From: Ascidiella aspersa
Lineage: Eukaryota
Reading direction: 5' to 3'
Length of the DNA stretch: 64,000 nt
Assembly (NCBI GenBank): GCA_963924565.1
Contig: OZ004611.1
Span: 7,874,001 to 7,938,000, forward strand
The notes below the pieces were generated by a model that saw only the letters and a list, made by a program, of their open reading frames with translations, did no database searches and was not told the origin of the DNA. Positions within the stretch are counted from its first letter, which is position 1. Every line of letters starts with the position of its first letter. This document shows, one piece after another, positions 23,483 to 38,674 of the stretch. The position numbers were made by a program, and so were the translations under genes.

Positions 23483-25008
23483 CCGGGTGGTCCAAAGTTG
23501 ACTGCACCGCGGGCCACAATATTTATTGCAAATCCTTTGTAGGCCACATGTGTGCCAGAAGCCGATCAACGATTTCCGTTTGAACGAGGCATAAAAAATT
23601 TAAAAATGTCGTCACAAAAGTAACTTAAAACACATATAAGCTTAAGAAACTTGCTTCTACCGTCAAAGTTGTGCGCAACTGATGGTTTGCGCGAATTGTG
23701 AAAAATTTGCGTATTTAACTAACATTGTAATTTAGAAGACTGCATTTTATAAGCGTAAAATGTTCGCGTAAACCGTGTGCGGCGTATCTTACTAAAATTT
23801 TAAGAGAGATGTTGCATACTTCACAATCGCTAAATTACATAGACGTTATCGTTTTGCGCAAAAAAGTTTTATTAACACCATTTCGATTTGGTTTAAATTG
23901 CATCTTGGAGAGGGTCAGGCCGTTTAGCCTAAAGTCACAGTGAAAACTTGTAAAACAAAACTTTCGATCAGCGCGATATCTATAACTTATAAGTTCGCAA
24001 AAAATCACTTTCGAAAGGTTCATAGGACACGCACTGCGGCTTCTCTCAAACCGGTCTAACACATACCAAAAATTAAGCGTTCTTGCCACATACCCTGGAT
24101 CGGAATATGGTGAGCGACAGGAAACTGTTTTTTTCATGGTATAACTGGAAAAATGCAATCATAACAAAACAATTGCAGTGTGCTTACTTTTCGTTGGTTA
24201 GCTTTCTTTAAATAACAACCCTAAACCAGACCTGGGCAACATACGGCCCGCGCAAAGGCCAAGTGAAAATCAGGGCAAGTTTACGGATCTAGTCGAGGCC
24301 CGCCAAATTCGATTTTTAGCCAGTTTTTTAAATACCAAAACGAAAATTCTTTTCGCGCCTAGCGCGAATTTCTTCCACTGCACTGCGGCACGCTCTCCAA
24401 CGAAAGTTTAACAAACTTAGCCTAATATTTGTACATTTTTGCGCGTCAAGTTTATTTCTCCCGATTTATATCTTTCCAATATGGCCGTTATACTGCAAGC
24501 AACACATCGGTAAACTAAAGCTTTAAAAAAGAAGAAAAAAACATGTATGTATGCTTTTGTATGAAATTTTCACATATTTTAATCTTAACTTTTGGATCAA
24601 CACGCCCCACAACTTGACGCCAATATATCAAGCAATGTATATTTTGTGTCGGTGCTCTTCACGTCCCCTCTAAATCTAAATTAAAGTTTGCATTTTCAAA
24701 CAAACATAGTCGCAAATTTTTCGCGCTTCGCGCGACGTTTAGTGGCTTTTTTTGAATTCGACTTAAATGGCACTTTTCAGCACAGCTTTTTAAACGTAAT
24801 AACAAATTCGTTAGCTTATTTGTTTTATACCGTTAGAGTATGACGTTATATTGCGTGTATTTGAGATGCAATGTTTGACCTGGCCCGCCACAACATTTTA
24901 GGGTTCTCATGCGGCCCGCGGCTAAAAATAATTGCCCACCCCTGCCCTATACGGTACGCATTGCAATAATTCAACAGTGCTTCGCGGGCCTGTGTTTGGG
25001 CCACCCTG
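23483..25008. mobile_element. hAT MITE (same family as 20748-21415) hosting a nested MITE
   Basis: Termini CCGGGTGGTCCAAA/TTTGGGCCACCCTG; perfect TSD GTTTATGG. Confidence 0.88.
24227..24944. mobile_element. Nested hAT MITE
   Basis: CAGACCTGGGCAA...TTGCCCACCCCTG with GGCCCGC subterminal motifs; TSD CCCTAAAC/CCCTATAC. Confidence 0.85.
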
Positions 25009-27543
25009 GTTTATGGAATGCCTGAAAGTCACTTTAGTGATTTAAAGAAACATATTTTATTTGCTGTTTATATTTTGTCGATTGTTTTCTTTTGCCAAAA
25101 TTGGGATTTTTTTTCGAGATGGGAGGAGAAACGCCAACAAGCGGAAGAATAGATTTCAAGCAGAATGACTTCGAGAAAGCGAAAAATGTTTAACAAAAGG
25201 AATTATGTCAAAATCATTAACAAGCGAATTACTGTTTACGCTGGCACTGTTTACGCTGAACTTTGGTAAGGTGAAATATATAATAAGTACAATTTTAAAT
25301 ATTTGGTCCTCTTGTGGTGTTGGGATCACCCCACACTATATTACAAAATTAATTTCCTTCCTCTCAGGTGCGCTAACTAAACAACGAAATTATTCCAGTT
25401 CCTATTTGAATCTCAAGATGGAAAGAGTTAGTAATTTTTAAAAGTGCATGTTTATATTAAAACAAATTAGGTATTTTTTTTTCAGTTTCAACTCTGCTGG
25501 TGTAATACTAAACGAAAGTCATTTTAATGCTCATAAACATTTCTTTTCTAAAGGTTTGCAGAAAAACTCGCCCAAGTCACAAAGTTTTCTTTAGTTATTA
25601 GAAAAATAATATTATGAATGTTGACTTTTTTACATAAAATTCATTTTAAAATAACAGTATTTGACCGCTACAAAACTATTCCTATTGAATAGATTCTTAA
25701 AATACTCTTCTAAGGCGATGACAAGTCTTTTAATGTTTTTTGTGTTGGAAGAACTCATAAGTTAACGAAACTACAACACCATCGTAGGCATGAATGGAAA
25801 TCTTACAGACCAAGCAATTCAGGTCATATAATACGAGGAAAATCTAAAAATAATGTTGTTTGGTGAACGCTTGCTGTCTGGTTGCCAACCAACAATTGTG
25901 GCAAAGATAATATAAGAAATCAATCGTTTAACAAACATATTTGAAGGACAGCGCAGCACTACAAATGTCATGTAATTTTAGCGGCGATACGTGTTGAAAA
26001 GTGTGAACTTTGTATTGAACATACAAATCTTATTACCTTATGATCCGTATTAAATTGATTATAATACAAGCGTAAGTTGCGTAAACTTGATCTTGCAAAA
26101 AAATAGCTGCTGTAGTAAGGTTTTATAAAAAACGTTACGATGAGAAACTAATTTAATACTAAAGAACTACTTAACGATATTTAAAAAAAACTGTAAAAAA
26201 ATTTTTGCATTATGCACAATATAAAAATATTTATTCTCTTAATTTAAGACCATTTGGTTTTGATGAATTCTGCATGATCCCAACTGATTTTCCTTCCTCA
26301 CACAAAGGGAAAGACACAGAATGACATTCGGACTCACTTTAAATAAAATATATATTGTAATTAACCACGTGAACTGCAAGCATATACAATATGGAGAAAA
26401 AGAATGGAAATTCCAGTGTTCGACATTTTTAGCAAACCATTGTTACTGCTAAAACGGTCTGAGATCAAGGGTCCTCGTTAAATTTTATATTTTATTAAAA
26501 GCACAACTTATGTTTTATTAAATTTGTTGATCGTTGCCGATTTCACTTTTTATTAGTGTCACATTGTGAAATTTAATCGCAATATTGGTAATGGAAAATT
26601 AAGAAAATAACAAATGTTAGATATACTTTAAATCTGTTTGTTTACGATCAGGTTACAGAACTATATTCGCCAGAATATTCTACTAATATTTGATGGAATC
26701 TGAATAGTCGGAGTAAGGATTAAATGGCCTAAATAACGCATCAAACTGTAGAGGAGGGAACGGGACGTAGACGTTAGGGTGCCGATGGTTTGAAACCGGA
26801 TTACTTGCCCCGGTTTGGGGCTAGTGGTAGATAATGCGTGGGGTTAGAAATTGGGTTAGCGTTAAAGTAATTAGGTGTATAGGAGTGTCGGTCCTAAAGA
26901 TTAGAACAATATGCGGCATACGCGACAGAATTAACCAGACAGGCCTGGTTTGTCGCAGTAGGAGGTTCGTATCTCTGGTTTGAGGAATTGTGAAGCATTT
27001 GTGCTCTGTCTTATATGTGTGGTGATTTGCAATTATCCCATTGGCCACTTGGAACTTTTTGTTACTTTTGCATCATTTCTTTTTCGAGTAAACACACAAA
27101 ATAATAAATTTATGGTAAAACATCAACAAGTGATTGACGACGACAAGACACCAACTAATGTAGAAAATGATCTAGGTGTTTTTTTATAAATAAGCGTTAG
27201 CAACTATATAAAAACCCGCTGAATCGTGGTTGTTTAAGTCTATATTTCAGATTGGTCATTTTCGCAGTTACCTAGTGTTTGGTGTCGAATTTTAACTAGG
27301 TCTGGTTCGTATTTCTTTTCGTTTAAGATATGTTTTCTTGCGTCGGTCGATAGAACTACTAAAGTTCGCGATCCACAGGTGACCGAAAAATGAATTGTAT
27401 TGTTACTGTTATTTAAAGATGTTTCAAAACAATACTTTTTTATTAACCCATCTGTTTTTTATAGCTATAGCCAGTTGGCTTATTCAATCTAATGCATACC
27501 TTAAATTTGGATATTTATTTGGGTGTTTTTTTTACTTGATAAG

Positions 27544-29390
<1,847 letters not shown>

Positions 29391-30648
29391 CCAACACGAA
29401 GCAAACTAACATGGTTCGAGTGTAAATCAATGCAGCAGTAACGCAAGCTTTTCCAACCCGGCTTACATAGGTGATGATTATTGAACGCTCTTCTTTTGAG
29501 TTTTGGAAATGCTTAGGACACCACAAAAGCTTCGGTTAATTTTATTACTACTAGTTCGATTAAATATATTAGTCAAATTTAATTCAAATAAAGTACATTA
29601 TTATTTCTAAATTATTGTTGTTTTCCAGAAGTCACGTTCTTTGTTCAAATAAACGAAATGTATGAATGATTTAATATTTTTATTTCTTGAATTACATTAA
29701 CTTCTGTCGCTGTGGTTCTAACCACCTAAAAACTTCTGAAGCCCAACACGCAATAAATATCTTCCACGGAATAAGACTTAAAACCCTGTTAAAATTGGTT
29801 GTACATTTGTCAGAAGAGGAAATATATATATATTATTTTAGAAATAAGTTTATCACACACAGACACACACACACACACGCACGTGCAGATACACCTGTAT
29901 TTTTTAAGCATAATCTCCAAAGGTATAAAATAAGCTTACAGAGAGTAAAATAGTACTGCACCATAAGTTTATATTAACCTTAACGTTTTGCAATTAATAG
30001 TATTGCGACAACCTTATATAATCTCCAAAGAAACCTAACTTACCCTAAACGTGTCAATTATAAAGTCGAGAGCAAATATGAATCAGACTTTTTTTTGGCT
30101 TAATGAAAAGTAGAAAAAAGTTAGCCGGGCAAAATACAGAGTTAATCTATCGAGAATAAAACACTTACAACAGTATAACAGACGTAATTTATAGAAAGCA
30201 AGTAACTATTGAAGGCCATTAAACGCAACTAGTATTTTGTGTACAGTTTTCTAAACCACCAAATTTTCAATTATTGATGTTTTCATTATAGTTTTCCTCT
30301 AAACTTACTTCGACAACTAGGTTTGAGTTTAATCTTAACACCACCCTCCTCCTACGAACACACAGACACCCATAAACACATCGATACGGACACCAACTTA
30401 TAGTGTAATTAGGGGTGGTGAGCAACTTGAAATAAAGACGGCGCTTTTGTGCTGTCGTAAACTTTTAAACAGACTAGAACACAAAAAAAAAAAGCGAACA
30501 AGAATCGCGCGAAGCGTAGGTTTTTTTTTGATAAATGTGTGCCAACTCTTGCATGGTCTTTGCAGTAGTACAAACTTAGTCGATAGTTTGTTTAACTCCT
30601 AAGTCCTAGTTCGGCCGCTCAGCTGAGCGTCTGTGACGTCATAAAATT

Positions 30649-33600
30649 TCAGCCAATAGGAAACTTTCCTATGATGCTTGGATTTGGGACCTCACAATGC
30701 AGGTTTAAGTATCTACCCTTTCCCGCAACGAGCAAGAGAACTAAAGTTCCACAAACTGCCGCAACCACAAGCCTTCTCATATCCGCTGGGGGGCAGTAGT
30801 ACGCCTCTTCCATTTTAAACAAAACGAAAGAAGACCCTGACGACCCGAAACAAGTCACGTTCTAATCAAAACAAAACGATGATACAGTTTGACGTTATAA
30901 AACCAGTGACGTCATGTAGCAAAACGTAAATACATATATGTGTTAAAACAAAGCGTAAATGCATTGTGACCTCATTAAATAGGTGGTTGTAACTACTGCA
31001 TAACGACACACAATACGTTGTAAAAGCTTATAAAACAGATTTTACGTGTTATATAAATAAACAGTTTTGCTTCAGCTAATTTTTTTGTCAAAACAAACTC
31101 CTTAATTACGTCAAACATGCTGTAATACCGGGATTTCCCTTCAATGACGCGTCACCTTTAGGTTTTTGTTGTTCTCCGTGCGATTGTTCGAGTTCAACCA
31201 AACAATGAAACTCCGCAACTGGCAGTTGGGGTTTCCCACCAGCGATACGTGGTTGATCCGCGAGAAAAATATGACATCATCAGTGTAAACGTTCTACAAC
31301 ATCATTAATTACGTGAAGATATTTTTTGTGACCAACTAAATGTTGGTTTGATTACTAACTATTTAACTAATTTTATCATAATAATAATTCTTGCAGCAAA
31401 AATAAAATATTTTTTCTAAAGATGAGTTTTGAGTCTTATTTAAAATAACAATATTTTGTTTTCAGATAAAACTCTTAATTTTTTTAAAAGCATTAAAAAA
31501 GAAACATTTTCGCACTTGAAATTATTCCAACGAATATCCAGGTTCTCAAGCGCGGGAAGAAACCACGTCATGTTGCGTGACGTAATCAATGACGTCATGC
31601 TGTTGCTGGAAACGCGCAAGTCGCTAAGCGTTGGAGGAAGTTTAAGCGGAAGTGACGTCAATCGGTTACCTAGTTGATGACGTCACACGAAAAAGTTTGG
31701 ATTGTTTGTTTTATTGGCAAAATTTATAAAAACAAAATAACAACTTACTTTCAGATAAATAGATTATCAAAATAAATTAAAAGTGCCTTCTTTTTTATTG
31801 TTTCACACAATTTGAGCTTGTGTCTGTCTTGTAATCAGTGGTTAATATTGTTGTTATATTTATAATCATTGTGAAAAATACATTTTATGTTTTTATGTCA
31901 ACCTCTTACCATTTGAGTGTGCAGTGAGCAATCCAGAAAAGCCAAACTTCTGTTCCATTCGCACTTTTCGGGAATACATTAGTAGTACTGGTAGCTGCAT
32001 AAATACGTGATATTAATGCAACTTATTTATACAATAAATACAGTTGCTGCAAAAACCTACAACCAATCTTGTCAGTTTCAATTAAGACATCATCTATTAT
32101 AGATAATAAGTAATACTGCTGACGATAATACTCTTCTGACGTAGCAAGGTATTTTGATGTAGTGATTTTACTACTGTCACGGAATAAAGAAATTATGGCG
32201 TAGTATTTTATGATGACGTAGTAAGGCAGTGGTGACCTAGTAATATTTAAATGTGACGTAAATAACGTAGTTGTGACGAAGCAATGGTGGTATTGTGGCG
32301 TAAAAATGGTGTTATGACGTAATAAGGTAGTTATGACGTAGTAGTACTACTACTGACTCGAAGAGCCCGGTGAGTTGAGGGATGGGACGTTTCATTGCAA
32401 TTGTGGGCGTGGCACATCTCGGCACCTCGTGGAATTCATCGAGAATATTATCTCTTCGTGTTTTCAACGCATTATGGAAATAAACCACTATAGGGACTGG
32501 ATCGAACAATCGCAACGCTGCAACAAAATAACTGCAACAGACACTTCATTATGGGAAGAAAACAATGTATTGATTTGTGAGATGTTTACAACAATTATCG
32601 TTCTGCATTTGTGTAAAATATATAATTTTTTTTGGCCGATGACCGCAGTAGTTTATATGGTTGGATTTATTACGATTGGTTCTGAGCGAGATTGCTTCGA
32701 ACATTAGGAAAATTGCAGAAGCTATACGAAGATATGGCTTGTAATTATTAAATTTGAACTCATTTATGCTAATAATTTATGGTTTGTTCTCTTAATAATC
32801 AGTGACCATAATTAGGCACCAAAGCTTGGCTCTTGTCTAACGCTTAATATTTTTAGGTCGCCGCACAATAGGTTGAGAAACGATAAAGGCGAAGCGTTAA
32901 AATCGAACTTATTTCTAAGAATATCAAGAAGTAATCAAAACGCTTTACTAACCAGCGGGTTGCCTTGGAGACCGACCCACTTTAGTGACGTCATTGGCAA
33001 CAATTGATAATTGTAGATCATTGTGTGATGTCATTATCGTTAACGAATAGCTTTCTGAGGTTGACCAATCGGTTTAAAGTTGGTTGTACCGATGCCGAGA
33101 TCTCCTTTATTCGATTGTGACGTAATGAAAGGACTTCGAGCGACGCGGGTAATCCCCGGGGAAAGTTGGCGATCGAATTGTGGTCGAGGAAAATTCTGGA
33201 AGGAATTTGTTGGTCAAATAAAAGTGGAATTGCTTGAATTGAGAAGTAAAATGGTAAACTCTGCAAAGTTGTTTTTATGGATTATGATTTTCATTCACAT
33301 TAACTGAAGATGATAAAAGCTCGTATCAAAACGGTCATAATCAAGATGATGTCGATTGATTCTAGCTTTTTGGCTTTGCAATTTATTATCAAGATAAATG
33401 ATTCTAGTATTAAGTGGGAGTTTGTAGGTTAGATACTAATCACAAAACCAGAGAATAACTGGGTTAAAGTTAAAGTTGGAGGTTTAGTCGCATAAAAATG
33501 ATTAAGGTAACTATATAATGGAAATTAAAAGCTTTAAACTTTATTAAATCAAAATAATATTTAGAATACCGTTAATTTTCCATTAATGTGCTTAATCTAT

Positions 33601-36125
33601 TTTCTATCTCTGGTTAAAATTTCGCGGAAAATATAAAATAATAAAAATTTGGATTTTTTTGCGTTCTGTTTTCTTTAAAGAATTAATTTTCATTTAATCA
33701 ACCACATTTGAAGATGCTTTAATCAAAATTTACTACAACATTTGATTTTGAATCAGTTGGTCTCAGTAATTAAATTAAAAAAATATTTAACAAATTTTTT
33801 TCTGATGTATAACTAGGGATGAATGCTATATGATCTAAGTAGTGATTTAATCTTGGTAAAATACTTATAATAAACTGGTAAAAGATGTATTTCAACGTTT
33901 AATTGTATCTGTTTTGCTTCGGAACGATGCATTTGATATCGGATTGGATCGCGATACATTTTGCTCAAAATATCGGTATCGCAATTGAAAACGGAGTATC
34001 GTTATTTACAACATTTAAACAGAATTGCAGTAACATTTGATTTTGATTGGCGAACTCGTCATCCGGGACCCACGTGATGTTACTACGGTTGAATGAAACT
34101 TCGTAACGCTTTACTGACACCGGCGGGCTCGGCGGGAAAGCCCTCATGCTATTTTGTTGACGCAATAAAAAAGGTCTGTGACGTTGACACACAGGTCGGC
34201 TCTGATTGGCTGAGATTTCGCTAGTAGGCGTACAGCTTGGAAACATCTCCTAAACTGAAACCTGGCGAAATTTTGAAGGGAAATAAATTATTTATTTACT
34301 AAGCAAGATTATTTATTGGACACGATAATATAAAAGCATAATTATTTATAAGTGTATTCCAGCGGCTTAATAAAACCAAATATTCAGTACTATCAACAAC
34401 AGAATAAGATCAAAATATGCCAGAATAATGACCTAAACTTATCAGAATAAGACCTATGGCCATCATTGCAACGATAACTTGTGCAACTAAAATTTAACTA
34501 CAATTTTGTTCATAGAATAAAAAACAGCATACTTTTAAGTGCTTTGCTTTATTTAATTAAAACCTCCAAAATATTTGTGTGAAATTTTTTAGTCTTATAA
34601 CAATTCGAGTTGTTTCGTCTCTAGATTAAAAGATATCGACCAAACTTAACCCTATTAAGAGCGCATATCCGGCTTGTAATAGAATCGATTTTTTTTTACC
34701 AAATTGCTCATTAATTTTATTAGGAACTTAATTTTAATACTTTATTTGACAAAAAAAATGCCCCAAAATGGCGTTTTTATTATATTTTTCTTTAGTCAAT
34801 AGATCAAAAATGTCGACTTTACTACATCATTAAACATATTGTACAACAGCGCATCGAGGGCTTTTAGTACAATCGATTGCCCCGAAATGGCGTCCAAACT
34901 GCTTACCTCTTTGTAGCATCTTGCACCTTTCCTTAGTATTTGGGTTTGTGAAAAAAGTTTATGTTCCAGGAACTTGAGAAAACTGTTTGTTGCACACCCA
35001 AGGATTCGCATCCACATTGAACGAGTTACAATTGGCGCAGAGGTTTTTTCGTTTTAATTTACGACGGCAAAGTGATAACGTTAGCTGCTACTGGTGTGCC
35101 ATAATATGGGGTAAAAATTAAAAGCCGATATTTTGTGATCGTATCGCTACTCGTCCGATACCAGGGGGTCATCGTTGCCAAGTTTAGTCCCCACGATTTT
35201 TTAGATTTTTTATTTGTCACGCTATGACGTAATTGGGTATCGGATCGCGATACTTTTCCCCAAAATTTTATCAACTTCTTTTAGTGAAATTGTCATTTTT
35301 CTATGTGGGAAAGCCCCTTCGCCAACCCGTAGTGGGATGTATTGGGAAAGTCCCTTCACCCACCTGAGGAAGCGCCCCTTCGCCCACCTGTTGTGTGTAA
35401 ATGGTGAGTCTGTCGAGCTTTACAAGGCGCACAAAGGTCAAGGGTCAATGTACTCCACTTTGTTGTGGTTCAACTCTAGACTCAGTAGGGAGGGGGCAGA
35501 TCCATGGGGATTCCCCGCAGCTCGTTGTGGGAAAAAATCCCCAGATGCGAGAGGTTTGTAAGCCTGTCCCACTGGATGTCGCTGGCGAGCTTGATCTTGC
35601 TGTAGTTCAGTCTTAAGTTTTCAAGCTGGGGGGGGGGGGGGGAGTTGGAGGGTACACGGTCCAGACCGTTGGCCAACAGGTCAAGGGTGCGCAGTAACGT
35701 CATTTGGTCGAACCTGACGTCAGCGATCACGTCGCAATAGGATAGTTTTAGCATGGTGACGTTTAGGTTTGCAGGAATTCGTTGAAGTGACATCTTGCAT
35801 TTGTGGATCCAGATGGTGGTCAGTTGAGCGAAACGGAACACATGACTGCCGATCGACGAGAAGTTTCCTCCCTGGTTTTGAGAATCTTCAAGCTTCGAGG
35901 CCACGTCATCGCTCGTGACGTAGCGAATTGCGTCATCGGAACTTTTTTGTTCAGCGACAACGTTCTTATTGTTTGGGGGAGACATCTCGGGTATGACCCG
36001 CCCGTGAAATATAGTGATATCATATTGAGCGAAGGTCTGACGTCACAGTTGTTTAGGGGGGTCGGGGGAGGCCACGAAGCGAAGGAGTCCTTTTGTTTGT
36101 CGGATCGTTACTCTCCTGCAGGAAT
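30649..36125 (-). pseudogene. Multi-exon leucine-rich-repeat membrane protein gene (LRRs, LRRCT, TM), apparently disrupted
   Basis: LRR units LRTLDLLANGL, LENLRLNYSKI, LEVLSLRHNRI, LRKLFVNDNDI and LENLDIRWNNF; LRRCT-like SLVGNPNCQLRSFIVWL (about 31200-31260); hydrophobic LVVAAVCGTLVLLLVA near the 3' end. Several frameshifts. Confidence 0.75.
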
Positions 36126-36519
36126 CTGCGACAACAAATAGGGACATCTGTTGGTAGCGCTATGATTGCGGTTCTATAACCACTAAGTGGCGGTAGTTAG
36201 TTGTTAGTTAACATCGAAGAATACAATTGGAACTGCCTCAAGGGATACAACTTTAAACATATTTTTCTAAACGGCATTACCTTGGTTTTTGTAGACCAAA
36301 AAAAAAATAATTCTAGATGTCGACTGCCGTTTAATATTTTCCCCCGAACATACAAACAAGGTTGATATTACCGTATTACGAATTCAGAGAGTTGCACCTG
36401 ATGGCAGATAGATCACTTCACCAGTGAAACCAGGACCAATAACAACATAAAGGTTTTTAGACTCAAGATTAAACAAATCTGACAAACAGTTTCAAATGGA
36501 TATAAATCACCTAAATGCT

Positions 36520-37600
36520 GAGGCCGTAAGATCGATTTCGTACATTTTCCACGCTGTTAATCTGGCCGATTGCGACAGCATCCAGCGGCACATTTGGTGG
36601 ACAAGCCTCTGCAAGAATGTGAATCAGAATGTAAACCAACCCCTTTTATAGACAGAAGTTATATTAGCTTTGGAATATTTTTGGGCATTCAGTCCCGAGT
36701 TTGCCATTTCAGTCTACTTACTGACGCAACAAGGTTTATTTTTACTCCATCTTCCGCTTTCTAGAAACAATCGATCCCAGGTGGTTGGCGTTGGAGCAAG
36801 TCACGTGACCGGGTTCCATGTGAACCGATGGCATCCGACATTGTTGAGATGAAACTAAAAGAAAACATATTTTAATATTAATGAACTTTTTTATGTTCGT
36901 TAATTCTGGGAAAACGATTTTGTACTAATTGTACGGTAAAACAATATATTGTTTTAAACAAAACATCATAGGATGTCGATATGTCGTATATCAAATAAAC
37001 TTCCACCTCGGCAGGCTAAAAATTAAAATCAGTAAAAAATGTTATCACGAATGGTACGTTTTTTAATTTCTAAACTTTTTGTAAGATTTAAGGCCGACCT
37101 TTGCACGCATCGTTATCACAACAGCACCAGCAGAGCGAGTTGTCTTGGTCGTTGTTGCAAGAGTGGGGATTCTGTTCCCATTTTAACAAGGATGCATGCG
37201 CAAAAAATAAACAAAAGTGCTTTATGCTGCCCGCCGAGGTATGTAAGTTACGACGATAAAACGCTTATATATTTGCTCAACTGGGATCGCTGATTGACGC
37301 ATGCCTCACTCACTTGGCATATTTTCCTTATTTTTGTGGTGTTTTATTCTTTGCGCACTTCAGTCGAACAAAATTCCCCCCAAAAAGAAATTGCTTAATA
37401 TTATTGTACGATTTCCCGCGTTCTCGCATTCCCAACATCTGATGGCCGACCCTTTATTAAAACATTTCTTCAATTGCCATATATTTAAAATCACGCAACG
37501 AGCTGTTACTATAAAAACTATGGCCCCAATTAAAAACCTCACCACAAACCGGAAAAATACTCTGCAACAGCCAATAAAGTAAAAAATAAAGTATGAAACA
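36520..37600 (-). pseudogene. Secreted Ly6/three-finger-like + CCP (sushi) gene, paralog B, truncated or degraded
   Basis: Hydrophobic leader followed by AIRCWECENAGN; QNPHSCNNDQDNSLCWCCCDNDAC; CRMPSVHMEPGHVTCSNANHLGS; ACPPNVPLD (possible vWA start). Confidence 0.55.
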
Positions 37601-37892
37601 AAAATACGAAATCTGTCGCTCTACACAAAGTTAAAACACAGACGAAATGCAATGATGAAATGAACGCCTGAGGTGCTTTAAGCCACGAATAAACACTAAA
37701 CAGATTGCGCAACTCACCTTAACTCAGCCTAAGAATAAATACGCATTGTCTTGTTGTATATCTCTATGCTCACATAATTATGCCAGATCATGGCAGGTTT
37801 GTTATAAAGCATCCTCTATTTTACGGAAATTATCTCACCGCATTCAAGTAATGTATCTGTTTCGTCTGTTCGTTAATTTCCTTCGTCTTGAG

Positions 37893-38349
37893 CAGTGGTT
37901 CTCAAACTTTTAAAAAAAAATTACGCACCGGTCTCGTAGCAATTTTTAACATTGCTCACGGTTCCCTTAAAAATATACAACCACGAAAAAGTGAAACCTC
38001 TAACGAATCACTTTATTTGAATTAAGCAATCACGAACAGTTTTCATTTAGCACAGCGCAACACTATGACGTCACAATCAATTTAACTCCCAAGCTTGAGC
38101 TTGTGATGATGAGCAAAAACACGTTTGACGTACGCCAGCGTAATGTCACTTTGCGCGTATAGGTCGAGCATAAGTTTGGCTTTCTGGCCTACACGTCACG
38201 GCATAGGTATTATTATTGTGTTTCTTAAACTTGACTTAGAAAAGTAAGATGCCTAAACATTTTCTTCTTTGGGAGCGCCGTGTTGATTTTTATTAGGTTC
38301 TTTGCGGTCCCAGAAAATTGTCTCGTGGACCTCAGTTTGAAGACCACTG
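37893..38349. mobile_element. hAT MITE (inverted paralog at 40371-40878)
   Basis: TIRs CAGTGGTTCTCAAAC/GTTTGAAGACCACTG; TSD GTCTTGAG/GTCTAAAG. Confidence 0.8.
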
Positions 38350-38674
38350 GTCTAAAGCAACAATACTGTTTGTTGAAAACTAAAAAAATACTAAAAGCGA
38401 TATTTCAGTCAAAGGTATATTTGACTTGGATGTGGTGCAAAAACCTGATCTGTAGGATTAAAATTACGCTACCTAGTCACGTTAGGGGCCGATTCGACAA
38501 GGTAACAAATATTTTTTAGGAGATTCGAACACATTAAAAAAAATTCAAATTTCTTAAAATGTTTATTTGACAGCTATTGACACTATCACGGTACGGAAGT
38601 CAACTCACAAACAATTACCAATTTAGGTAAGTACTGTGTTTGGCTATTGTTTTATTGAAAGTATAGGTTTTTAG

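Noticed and set aside
26690-27060. Possible solo LTR (similar GC patch at about 7790-8000)
   Set aside because: No TG...CA ends, TSD or second copy could be identified.
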